A stretch of DNA of 64,000 nucleotides, taken from NCBI RefSeq assembly GCF_009914755.1, contig NC_060929.1. The stretch is one strand, 5' to 3'. Shown here piece by piece: positions 52,145 through 62,852 of the stretch. The DNA is from the human T2T-CHM13v2.0 reference genome, Homo sapiens. The translations under genes and the position numbers were made by a program. The notes beneath the pieces were generated by a model. The model was not told where the DNA came from and did no database searches. It saw nothing but the letters and a program-made list of their open reading frames with translations. The stretch's first letter is position 1. The number at the start of each line of letters is the position of its first letter.

Positions 52145-52278
52145 TGGGGACCCTCTGCTGAGACAGGCTCTGTGTCCAGCACCTGCTCCGGGTCACGCTC
52201 TGGGGGAGTAGGAGTCGCACGACTGTCTCAGCCTTGGATTTGACTTTGGCCTCATCCACCTAGGGGCCACGGGAGAAC
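52145..52278 (+). repeat. Diverged direct repeat, copy 1 (copy 2 at 54639-54768)
   Basis: 34-nt identical core AGCCTTGGATTTGACTTTGGCCTCATCCACCTAG at 52230-52263 and 54722-54755. Confidence 0.92.
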
Positions 52279-52432
52279 CATGTGGGTTACCAAGTTCAAG
52301 GGGAGAGAGAAGAAGCTGATGAAAATAGAGGCTCATCTGGGACTGCCTTCCTTCTCTGGCTCCACCCTTGACTTCTTCAGAGCTTGGGCTTTAAGCCGTG
52401 AGCTCCATCTCATTCCCTGGGCCGCAAGAAGC

Positions 52433-53536
52433 TCACTGGGCCCGCGTCTCTGGAGGCTGTTGGGGGGGCCCTTCCTCTGTCTCCATAGTCGACGGCTTGC
52501 TGGGGAAACCCAGGATCTCCGACTGCCTGGACATTTGCATTGCTGTCCCCTCGGGTTTTGTCTCAGGCTGTGCCTGGGGCTGTGCCTCTCCCTCAGGCTC
52601 CAGCTTGGTGGCAGACTTCTTGTCAGAGCCAGGTTCGGGGGTCCACAAGGGTTCAGTTCCCCGGGAACTCTCCCCCTCCTTGTTGATGGCCACAGAGGGA
52701 GATCCCCGTGCCTTGGGCTGCATCCAGCAGTGGCTGAGGATCTCGTCGATGTGGAGCCGCCGGTTGACGTCGGGCTGCAGCATGTGGTAGATGAGGTCCT
52801 TGCACTCGCCTGTCAGGTGCTTGGAGCGTGGGAAGTTGACGCGGTGCTCCTTCTGGATACGCAGCATCTTCTTGATGTTGGAGTCGTCGTAGGGCATGGA
52901 GCCGCAGACCATGATGTAGAGGATCACGCCTAGGCTCCAGATGTCGTACACCTTGGGCTGGTAGGGAATGCCCTGCAGCACCTCTGGGGCCGCATACGCT
53001 GGTGACCCACAGAAGGTCTTGCTTAATGCCATTCGACCACTGTCATCCCGCAGGCAGCGCTTGGAGAAGCTGAAGTCGGACAGCTTGATGTTGAAGTCCT
53101 TGTCAAGGAGAAGGTTGTCACACTTGAGGTCCCGGTGGACGACGTCCAGGTCGTGGCAGTACTTGATGGCCAAGGAAAGCTGGTGGAACTTCTTGCGAGC
53201 TTCGTCCTCATGCAGGGCTCCCCGGGTTTTGATTAACTCGAGGAGGTCGCCCTGGACCGCGAGCTCCATGACGATGTAGACCTTGCCATGTGATGTCTCA
53301 AAGATCTCGTAGGTCTTAATGATGGAGCAGTGGTTTAACATGGCCAGAATCTCAATTTCCCGGGGAAGGAATTTCTCCAAGAAGTCTGCGGGGGCCTTCT
53401 TGCGGTCGATGATCTTGATCGCCACATTGAACTTCAGGCGCTCAGAGTAAGCAGATTTTACTTTTGCATAGGAGCCCTCTCCTAAATTTATCCCCAGGAG
53501 GTAGCCTCGTCGCTTGAGGACAGCAGCGTCATCCAT
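52433..53536 (-). CDS. TSSK1B: Testis-specific serine/threonine kinase 1B, intronless, 367 aa
   Basis: [12 protein letters not shown] start; kinase motifs [41 protein letters not shown]; good Kozak (gcaccATGG); nested in MCC as known for TSSK1B. Confidence 0.97.
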   Translation of the reverse strand: MDDAAVLKRRGYLLGINLGEGSYAKVKSAYSERLKFNVAIKIIDRKKAPADFLEKFLPREIEILAMLNHCSIIKTYEIFETSHGKVYIVMELAVQGDLLELIKTRGALHEDEARKKFHQLSLAIKYCHDLDVVHRDLKCDNLLLDKDFNIKLSDFSFSKRCLRDDSGRMALSKTFCGSPAYAAPEVLQGIPYQPKVYDIWSLGVILYIMVCGSMPYDDSNIKKMLRIQKEHRVNFPRSKHLTGECKDLIYHMLQPDVNRRLHIDEILSHCWMQPKARGSPSVAINKEGESSRGTEPLWTPEPGSDKKSATKLEPEGEAQPQAQPETKPEGTAMQMSRQSEILGFPSKPSTMETEEGPPQQPPETRAQ

Positions 53537-53711
53537 GGTGCCAGGAATGCCCAGTGCCTCTGAGGCTGCCCTCTACAGCCCCGAGGCGCATGGGCCAGCA
53601 GTGTGCTCATTTACATCCTGGATAGAGAGTCCTTTGGGCTGGCCAGGCCTGCTGTTCCTGCCTCCTAGAGGCCAAGACTCTGGAGTGGAACATTTGGCAC
53701 TGTCTCCCAGA

Positions 53712-53732
53712 TGACTTCAGCGAGTGAAGTCA
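53712..53732. promoter_or_regulatory. Paired CRE-like sites upstream of TSSK1B
   Basis: TGACTTCA-gcgag-TGAAGTCA; each differs from TGACGTCA by one base; about 176-196 bp upstream of the ATG. Confidence 0.5.
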
Positions 53733-54638
53733 CAAAGGAGGAGTGCCCTGGGGGAATGAGACCCTGGCCTGAGGCACTTGGACTTGGAATCCTGGAAGGC
53801 TGGCCAGTAGGCTGGAGCAGACAAGATGAGCAGAAAGTGGCCTCGTGTCTTGCTGGGACCTGAGGTAGAAGGGGACTGTGTGGGACACATGGGCCTGCCC
53901 ATGCTTCCAAACCCAGAGCCAGGCATACTTGTGCAGAATTGAGGCCAATTCTTGCAAACCAGGGCATCTGAGGAGGATTTAATAAAGGGACAATTAATAA
54001 AGGTGGGAGCAGAGTGTAGGGAACCCTGAGGGTCACACAATTACCCCAAGATAGTAGCAGACCCCTGGCCTGCATAGAAAAGGGTGGGAATGGTCCCTGG
54101 AACCCAGAAAGAGTAGTGTAGACAGGACCACCTTGAGAGAGGCAGTGGCCTTCAGGGGAGAAAAAGCCAGCCTCAGTGACCCTACAGGCTGGCAGGGGAT
54201 GGGAGGAAGTCCCATCCCTGACTTCTTTTTCTCCCCTTCAGCCCTTGATGCTGTCCACACAGGTGACCCTCAGGAGTGCAGAGCAGGGCCAAGAAGAGTG
54301 GTGTGTCAAGAAGGTAGACAGCTTCCTGGCCCCGGAGTCACGCAGTTTGAGATGCCTGGATTCTGCCGCCTCCCTATACATCTCTTCCCTTGTCTGAGCC
54401 TTTGCTGGCTTCTTACAGCAGCTCTGTAGGAGGACAGCTGGCAGGAGTTCTGCTCTTGGCTGTGAGCTCCCTCCTGGGGACCTGCCCAGCTCACGGCCCT
54501 GGCTGGGCTCCCAGGGCATATCTGGGGCTGGGGGCTGAAGGTGGGGCCTGGATGCCACCCTGAGCACTGGCAGCTGCTCTGAGGACATTACAAGCAGCAG
54601 GGGAAGCACTGGACAGCAACCATCATTTCTTCTGGCAG

Positions 54639-54768
54639 TGGAGCCTCTGCTGTGACTGGTTCTGTGTCCAGCACCTGCTCTGGGCCACACCGTCAGGAAG
54701 AAGGAGTTGCATGACTGTCCTAGCCTTGGATTTGACTTTGGCCTCATCCACCTAGAGGGAGTGAGAAC
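54639..54768 (+). repeat. Diverged direct repeat, copy 2
   Basis: Aligns with 52145-52278; preceded by the acceptor-like tttcttctggcag. Confidence 0.92.
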
Positions 54769-55007
54769 TCCTTCCTCACATGAGCCAGGTGGAACCCTGG
54801 GCCCTTCAGGAGTGAGTTAGTAGGGCTGGATGTCGCTCAGGCTGGGTTGGGTCACCACCAGCTGTGGCCCTTCTCCCTTTTCTCTGCTCCTTCACCTTGT
54901 TCCCCAACTCTGACTGCCCACTGCCAGTCCTTTGTGCGTGGTTGGTGCTCCTTCCTCCAGACAGCCTCCTTCTCCTTCCTGCTGGGGAAACCCCAAGTGC
55001 TGTCTCT

Positions 55008-55781
55008 TGGAAACCAAAAATAAAATTCTAATCTCCCCAGCCATCTGAATGGACCCCTCTTCTCAGCCAAGGCCATTCCAAAATTAATCTGAAAAACTAG
55101 TTCAGGCCATGATAGAAAGTAGGGGTCAGGCAGGCCTCATCATCCCTCCTCCCTTCAGGTTTCAGGCACAGCTGAGCAGCAGTAACATCGACACAGAGAC
55201 CTGAAGACTGACAACAGACTCTGGCAGTAAGATACAGCAGGCTCTGAAAGAAACTGAAGTATTTTACTATCAAACAGATTTCTTTGACATATTTTGAAAT
55301 AGCTCTGCAAAGCTGTCTCTTATGAGGAAAATCTACATTCTGTGAAGAATCCCCTTCCCTTTCTAGCTCTTTTCTCCTGAGATAATTAACTAGAGTCTGA
55401 TAAGAAACATTTAACAGTGTGTTTTTTCTGAAGCCTGATACCTGGAGGCTTCATCTGCCTAAGAACCTTGGTCTCTACAACCTCTTACCCCAGAGACAGT
55501 CCCTTCTATTGATTCCAGGTCTTTAGATAAACTCTCTGAGCCAATTGCCAATCAGAAAATCTTTGAATCCACATGACCCAGAAGCCCGCCTCCCACTTTC
55601 AAGTTGTCCCTCCTTTTCTGACTGAACCAATGTATACCTTACATACACTGATTGATGTCTCGTGCCTCCCTAAAATGTATAAAACCAAGTTGCAGCCCTA
55701 CCCCTTTGGGCACTTGTTGTCAGGATCTTCTGGGGCTGTCCTGGGCCATTAGTCACATATTGGCTCAGAAGAAATCTCTTC
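55008..55781 (+). mobile_element. MER4-family ERV1 LTR truncated at its polyadenylation site
   Basis: tggaaaccaaaaataaaattctaa...ccatctgaatggacccctc start; ends attggctcagAAGAAAtctcttc then poly(A), lacking the terminal ...CA segment. Confidence 0.8.
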
Positions 55782-58569
55782 AAAAAAAAAAAAAGTTTAT
55801 CTATATTGCTGTCTACAATGAAAAATATCCAATGTTATGTTTACTCTTTGTAATTAAATGCTAAAAAATTTATTTTGGTCCCAATGCTGTTTTCTTTATT
55901 GAGTTATCCTACAAAGGCAATAGGGAAAGATAAGCAGAGGCAAATGCAAGAGAGAGCAGGGAAGACAGCTTCTTGCAAATTGGGCTTTCTCATTTGTGTG
56001 TCCCCTGGCTGCCCTCAGCACAGAGCTTTACACACAGTCATAAACACTGGCTGAGTGATCATCGCAAAGAAAGGGAGAGAAAAAAAATTCATTTTCCTCC
56101 ATTGCTCCTTTACCCCTGTTATGTTCTATGTCTTCCAAGGATAAAGACAATGAGGTATGAGGTATTCACTCAAAATGATAATTACCTTGGGATTATGTAG
56201 AAATATTGTATCTAAAATCCTAAACTGACAGGATCATTTATTTGCATTTTACAAAAATCTGGGCAACAGATGATACACATACACTCACACATAGACATAC
56301 AAAACACCTGGAGATGAAGGAGAAATAGTGCTGCACTTGAATTATTTCTATTTTGGCTCAAAATTCCCTGAGATATATTTCTAAAATCTACTCGGCAGTT
56401 TCTCCCACCCCCTTTTTGTCTTTTGATTCTTTAGATGCTTTAAATTCAAAAGGCTCCTTATCTATATCCCAGATAGTTGAGTTATTTGAAAGCCCTGACC
56501 AAGGCATTTTATTATGGATTTGGTTGCTCTTGGGTAGAGTGAATAGGTAAATATATGCTGTACAGGGAATTTTGGCAGGAGTGGTAAAGGGCTCCAGCTC
56601 CCTGCTTCACATCTCAGGTCTGCTCCTTCAGTGCCATGTGGGATTCTCTTTGGATACCATCCCATAGGTTGGGAAGGCATCCTAAAATCGATGCTGAAGT
56701 TGTCAGTATCACCAGTCTATGGGACCTAGTGAAAGAGCAAGCAGAACTCTGAGAATCTGGGAAGAAAAGCAGTTTTCTAATGCAAAATGCATGAGAGGAG
56801 AGCCAATCCTTGGTCCTAGGGCTCTGACAACTCATTTTGTGACCTTAGGCAAGTGACCTGTGTTTCTTTCCCCTAACTTTCCTTATTTTTGGGTTGTGGG
56901 GGGAGTCTTTAACTAGAAATTGTTAAGGTCCTATAGAATGACACCTAACTTTTTTTATTCTATATCTAAAGACATGTTATCAAGGGTTCCATCTGCCGTA
57001 CGGTGAGTTGTAGGAGCTGAGGCAATTAAGAGCATCAGACACGGGGCAGATAAATCTGGTTTTAAATCCCAGGGGCCACATCTTATTAGTACAGTGTGAC
57101 TCTCGGAAAGTAACTTGATCTGTAAAATAGATGAAGTTATCTAATTTACCTAGTTATCTTACAGAGGCAATAGGAAAAGTATATAAGGAAAAAAGGTATG
57201 CAAAATAGGTATGCACTTTAAAGTGATTGTGAGGATTAGACATGGTGATTCCTGGTATATCACCTCTTATGACATCATAATGGTCTAAAGCAGAGGCATT
57301 CTACTCCATTGGGCCCAAGTTATGTACAAAATAATATTCAGTATAATATAGATCTATTATACCTTAGAATATCCCAGACGGGATCCTGTAAACTATTTTC
57401 TAGTATCTGTTAAATACTTTTCTTAACACTACTAAGCACTACAGGGAAGCTAAAAACACTACGACATGGCATCACCTTCTAAAAATTTGTTATTTAGTTG
57501 AAGAAACCACTAGAATATAGATATGAATGTCATAATATATAAAATATGAAACTTAAGTAGATTTTTTAAAGTACTGATTTTGCAGTAAATTGCCTAAGCT
57601 TATGGGAGAGAAAAAAAATCAGAGGGCTGGGGTTGCCCAGGAAGGTGTTAGAGCTTCCTTGGGCAGGATCCCCTGGCTGGGAGGTCACCCAGGATACGGT
57701 GTTGAGGCAGTGTCTTCTAAGAGCACAGTTCCTGAAACCAAAGGACACCAGGAACATAACAATGCAGGGTCAAAGTCTGAGCTAAGGAAACAAATTTTGA
57801 AAACCAGGTTGAAAATTCCAAGAGATCAGACAGAAATGTTTCCATGGTTTAATTTGGAAAAGGTATAAGGAGCCTGGGTTGCTGACCAGTTAGGCAGGCC
57901 AAAGCTGGAGTGTCGGGGAGCAAGTCTGGTGGTAAACAGCAGGCTCAGAGTGAAGTGCCAGTCAAGTCCTAGACCTGGTTGTGGAAGCATGCTGAGTACA
58001 TTTCAAGTGGCTCACAAAGGACAATTGGAGGGTTTCACAGAGGTGATGAGACACACGAGACACACGAGGCCTTGAAGCAAAGGTAGATGTACATAGGTGA
58101 TACAGGAAAGGGAAATGGCATTTGAACAAAACACAGAGAAATGAATGAATATGGCCAAGAACAAACCTTTATTAGATGACAAATGCCTTGGAAAAGATAG
58201 AGATGAATATAACATGGTCAGTACCCTCAGAAGGTCTCTCAGTGTCCTAGCCTACCTCACAACTTGAAGCACTAGGAAGCAAAATCCAATGGCCAGTCGT
58301 AAGTTTTCTGCTAGAGACTCATGTCACTGAAGATAGCTGAGGAGGCAAAATCCTAGCCTGTGGTGGTTAATCTTATGTTGTGACAGTTAATAACTGATTC
58401 AATCTCTTTGAGCCTCAGTATGTACATTTCTAAAATAGGGACTATAATAGTTTCTAGCTCATGGGATTGTTGCAAGGATCCAAAAAGATAATGATATATA
58501 ATACTTAGCAAAAGGCTAGCACACAGTGGCTACTTAGCAAGTGTTGGCTTTTATTACTATTATTAATGG

Positions 58570-58764
58570 TCATTTTATTTTATTTTTACAGACAGAGTTT
58601 TGCTCTGTTGCCCACACTGGAGTGCAGTGGCATGACCATACCTCACTATAGCCTCAACCTCCTGGCCTCAAGACCTCACTGTAGCCTCAACCTCCTGGCC
58701 TTAAGGGATCCTCCCACCTCAGCCTCCCAAAGTATTGGGATTACAGGCTTGAGCCACTGTGCCT
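58570..58764 (-). mobile_element. Shortened Alu with a 33-bp internal tandem duplication
   Basis: cctcact(a/g)tagcctcaacctcctggcct occurs twice; arms collapsed. Confidence 0.75.
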
Positions 58765-59759
58765 GATCTATTAGTGGTCATTTTATTACATCTGAGCTAT
58801 CATTGCTGCTTTAGTGCATACCCTCATCTCTTCTCACCCAGTTGCTATGAAAGTGCCCTTACTGGTCTCTCTACTTCCAGTCTGGCATTTCTCCTCATTG
58901 CAGCCCAGTGCTCCTTATTAAAGATCAATCAGGATATTTTATTCCCCTGCTTGAAATTCTTGAGTAGGCTCTCATGGCCCTTAGAAAAAAGTAGACGTTC
59001 CTTCAGAATCTGAGGCTCTTTATCATCTGGATCCTGCTACTGTCTCCTGGCTCCCTCAGACACTCTACTTCAGTTACACCCTCCACCCACCCCCAGGCAG
59101 ACCCACAACACCTTGATCTCATTTTGTCATGGACACACCACTCTATAGTGTATTTCATTTAATTCCAACCAAGTGTTTCCATGGCAAACGTTGCATCTTA
59201 TTGGTCTTTGGATTCTCAATGCACAATGCTCTATAGGTACTCAATAGATATTTATTTAAAGAAAAGAAAAAAATAAGAAAGTAAAGAAGAAACGGAAGGA
59301 GAAAGAGAGGGAGGGAAAGGAGGAGAGAGAAGAGGGAAGGAATAAGGAGGGAAGGAAAAAACAAAGGGTGAGAAAGAAAAACAAAGCTAGAAAGAGTGAT
59401 GTCTATATCCTTTAAGGGAACAGGTAAGAAACTAATTTTCAGTAGATCTGTTGGCAAACGAAGAAAGAAGAGGAGGAAGAAGGAACAGGAAAAAGAGAAG
59501 AAAAAGAAAGAAATCGGGGATTATATCAGAAGTTTAACAATGCATATAATTACTATGGCTGATAATGAAAGATCCACCTGACTTTTTATATTACCGCTGG
59601 AATCATAGTGTGACAGGGACAACCATTAATGTGTATGTGTTCATAGCATTTTCTCCTCCTTTCTACCCCCTATACTCACTGTGTATTTGCAGATTAGGTT
59701 AATAAGGCAGATAAATAAACAGAAAAGACAGACGCAGAATTAGAAAAAAACAAGTTCTG

Positions 59760-60070
59760 TCAAGGTGTGGTGGCTCACGCCTGTAATCCCAACACTTTCG
59801 GAGGCCGAGGCGGGCAGATCACTTAAGGTCATGAGTTTGAGACCAGACTGGCCAACATGGTGAAACCCTGTCTCTACTAAAAATACAAAAATTAGCCAGG
59901 TTTGGTGGCGGGTGCCTGTAATCCCAGCTACTCAGGAGGTTTAGGCAGGAGAATCTCTTGAACCCAGGAGGCGGAGGTTACAGTGAGCCCAGATGGTGCC
60001 ACTGCACCATCTGTTGCCTGAACGACAGAATGAGACACTGTCTCAAAACAAAACAAAACAAAACAAAAAA
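59760..60070 (+). mobile_element. AluS with (AAAAC)n tail
   Basis: Alu dimer; TSD aaaaaacaagttct. Confidence 0.92.
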
Positions 60071-60215
60071 CAAGTTCTCTTTATAGTAGAGAAAAGAGAA
60101 TGGTGTAAAACTGGGGTTGGAAAACATTTTCTATAAAGAGCTAGGTAATAAATATTTTAGGTTCTAAGGGCCGCATGTGGTCTCTATCACTTATTATTTT
60201 TTGTTTTGTACAGCA

Positions 60216-62543
60216 CTTTTTTATTATACTCAAGTTCTGGGGTACATGTGCGGAACGTGCAGTTTTGTTACATAAGTATACCTGTGCCATGGTGGTTTGC
60301 TGCACCCATCAACCCGTCACCTACATTAGGTATTTCTCCTAATACTATCCCCTCCTCTAACCCCCTACCCTGGACAGGCCCCAGTGTATGATGTTCCCCT
60401 CCCTGTGTCCACATGTTCTCATTGTTCAACTCCCACTTATGAGTGAGAACATGCGGAGCTTGGTTTTCTGTTCTTGTGTTCATTTGCTGAGAATGACGGT
60501 TTCCAGCTTCATCCATGTCCCTGCAAAGCACATGAACTCATTCTTTTTTAAGGCTGTGTAGCATTCCATGGTGCCACATTTTCTTTATCCAGTCTATCAT
60601 TGGTGGACATTTGGATTGGTTCCAAGTCTCTGCTATGGTGAATAGTGCTGCAATAAACATACATGTGCATGTGTCTTTATAGAATGATTTATAATCCTTT
60701 GGGTATATACCCATTAATGGAATTGCTGGGTCAAATGGTATTTCTAGTTCTAGATCCTTGAGGAATCCAGAACTAGAAATACACTGTCTTCCCCAATGGG
60801 TGAACTAATTTACACTCCCATCAGCAGTGTAAAAGCTTTTCTATTTCTCCACATCCTCTCTAGCATCTGTTGCTTCCTGACTTTTTAATGATCCCCATTC
60901 TAACTGGCATGAGATAGTAACTCATTGTGGTTTTGATCTGCATTTCTCTAGTGACCAGTGATGATGAGCATTTTTTCATATGTTTGTTGGCTGCATAAAT
61001 GTCTTCTTTTGAGAAGTGTCTGTTCATACACTTTGCCTACCTTTTGATGGGGTTGTTTTTTTCTTGTAAATTTGTTTAAGTTCTTTGCAGATTCTGGATA
61101 TTAGCCCTTTGTCAGATAGATAGATTGCAAAAACTTTCTCCTATTCTGTAGGTTGCCTGTTCACTCTGATGGCAGTTTCTTTTGCCCTGCAGAAGCTCTT
61201 TAGTTTAATTAGATCCCATTTGTCAATTTTGGCTTTTGTTGCCATTGCTTTTCGTGTTTTAGACATGAAGTCTTTACCCATGCCTATGTCCTGAATGGTA
61301 TTGCCTAGGTTTTCTTCTAGGATTTTTATGTTTTTAGGTCTTACATTTAGGTCTTTAATCCATCTTGAGTTAATTTTTGCATAAGGTGTAAGGAAGGGAT
61401 CCAGTTTCAGTTTTCTGCATATGGCTAGCCAGTTTTCCCAGCACCATTTATCAAATAGGGAATCCTTTCCCCATTGCTTGCTTGTGTCAGGTTTGTCAAA
61501 GATCAGATAGTTGTAGATGTGTGATGTTATTTCTGAGGCCTCTGTTCTGTTCCATTGGTCTATATAGCTGTTTTGGTACCAGTACCATGCTGTTTTGGTT
61601 ACTGTAGCCTTGTAGTATAGTTTGAAGTCAGGTAGCGTGATGCCTCCAGCTTTGTTCTTTTGGCTTAGGATTGTTTTGGCTATGCAAGGTCTTTTTTGGT
61701 TCCAAATGAAGTTTAAAGTAGTTTTTTCCAATTCTGTGAAGAAAGTCAATGGTAGCTTGATGGGGATGGCATTGAATCTATAAATTACTTTGGGCAGTAT
61801 GGCCATTTTCACGATATTGATTCTTCCTATCCATGAGCATAGAATGTTTTTCCATTTGTTTGTGTCCTCTCATTTCCTTGAGTGGTGGTTTGTAGTTCTC
61901 CTTGAAGAGGTCCTTCACATTGCTTGTAAGTTGGATTCCTAGGTATTTTATTCTCTTAGTAGCAATTGTGAATGGGAGTTCACTCATGATTTGGCTCTCT
62001 GTTTGTCTGTTACTGGTGTATAGAAATGCTCGCGATTTTTGTACACTGATTTTCTATCCCGAGACACTGCTGAAGTTCTTATCAGCTTAAGGAGATTTTG
62101 GTCTGAGATGATGGGGTTTTTTAAACATACAATCATGTCATCTGCAAACAAAGACAATTTGACTTCTTCTTTTCCTATTTGAATACCTTTTTTTCTTTCT
62201 CTTGCTTGATTGCCCTGGCCAGAATTTCCAACACTATGTGGAACAGGAGTGGTGAGAGAGGGCATCCTTGTCTTATGCCGGTTTTCAAAGGGAATGCTTC
62301 CAGTTTTTGCCCATTCAGTATAATATTGGCTGTGGGTTTGTCATAAATAGCTCTTATTATTTTGAGATACATTCCATTGATACCTAGTTTATTGAGAGCT
62401 TTTAGCATGAAGGGGTGTTGAATTTTATCGAAGGCCTTTTCTGTATCTCTTGAGATAATCATGTGGTTTTTGTCATTGGTTGTGTTTATTTGATGGATAA
62501 CATTTATTGATTTGCATATGTTGAACCAGCCTTGCATCCCAGG
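60216..62543 (-). mobile_element. 5'-truncated L1PA (RT domain to 3' end)
   Basis: ORF2 fragments with LFADDMI and [13 protein letters not shown]; 3'UTR. Confidence 0.95.
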
Positions 62544-62545
62544 TA

Positions 62546-62695
62546 TTGAGATGGAGTCTTGCTTTTTCACCCAGGCTGGAGTGCAGTGGCATGATCTCAG
62601 CTCACTGCAACCTCCACCTCCTGGTTCAAGCAATTCTCAAGCTTCAGCCTCCCAAGTAGCTGGGATTACAGGGGCCCACCACCATGCTCGGCTAA

Positions 62696-62732
<37 letters not shown>

Positions 62733-62852
62733 AGTAGAGATGGGGTTTCGCCAAGTTGGCCAGGCTGTTCTCGAACTCCTGACCTCACGTGATCTATCCG
62801 CTTTGGCCTCCCAAAGTGCTGGGATTACAGGTGTGCATCACCGTGCCCGGCC
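62546..62852 (-). mobile_element. AluS fused to the L1 5' end; linker replaced by (GT)n
   Basis: Tail-less Alu abutting L1 ORF2; (GT)n at about 62698-62730. Confidence 0.9.

Larger units (their letters stand above)
51847..55790 (+). other. L1-mediated retrocopy of a spliced DGCR2-exon-1/antisense-TSSK1/MER4 transcript
   Basis: TSD AAAAGTTTAT at 51837-51846 and 55791-55800; TT/AAAA target; A13 run 55782-55794; abrupt change to GC-rich sequence at 51847. Confidence 0.85.

Noticed and set aside
51843-52259. Minus-strand 138-aa ORF (VDEAKVKSKAE...)
   Set aside because: GTG start; crosses the splice junction into antisense DGCR2 leader; low complexity; the frame does not look preserved in the second repeat copy.
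52280-53279. Plus-strand ORFs of 217, 130 and 103 aa
   Set aside because: Antisense shadows of the GC-rich TSSK1B coding sequence; no recognisable protein.
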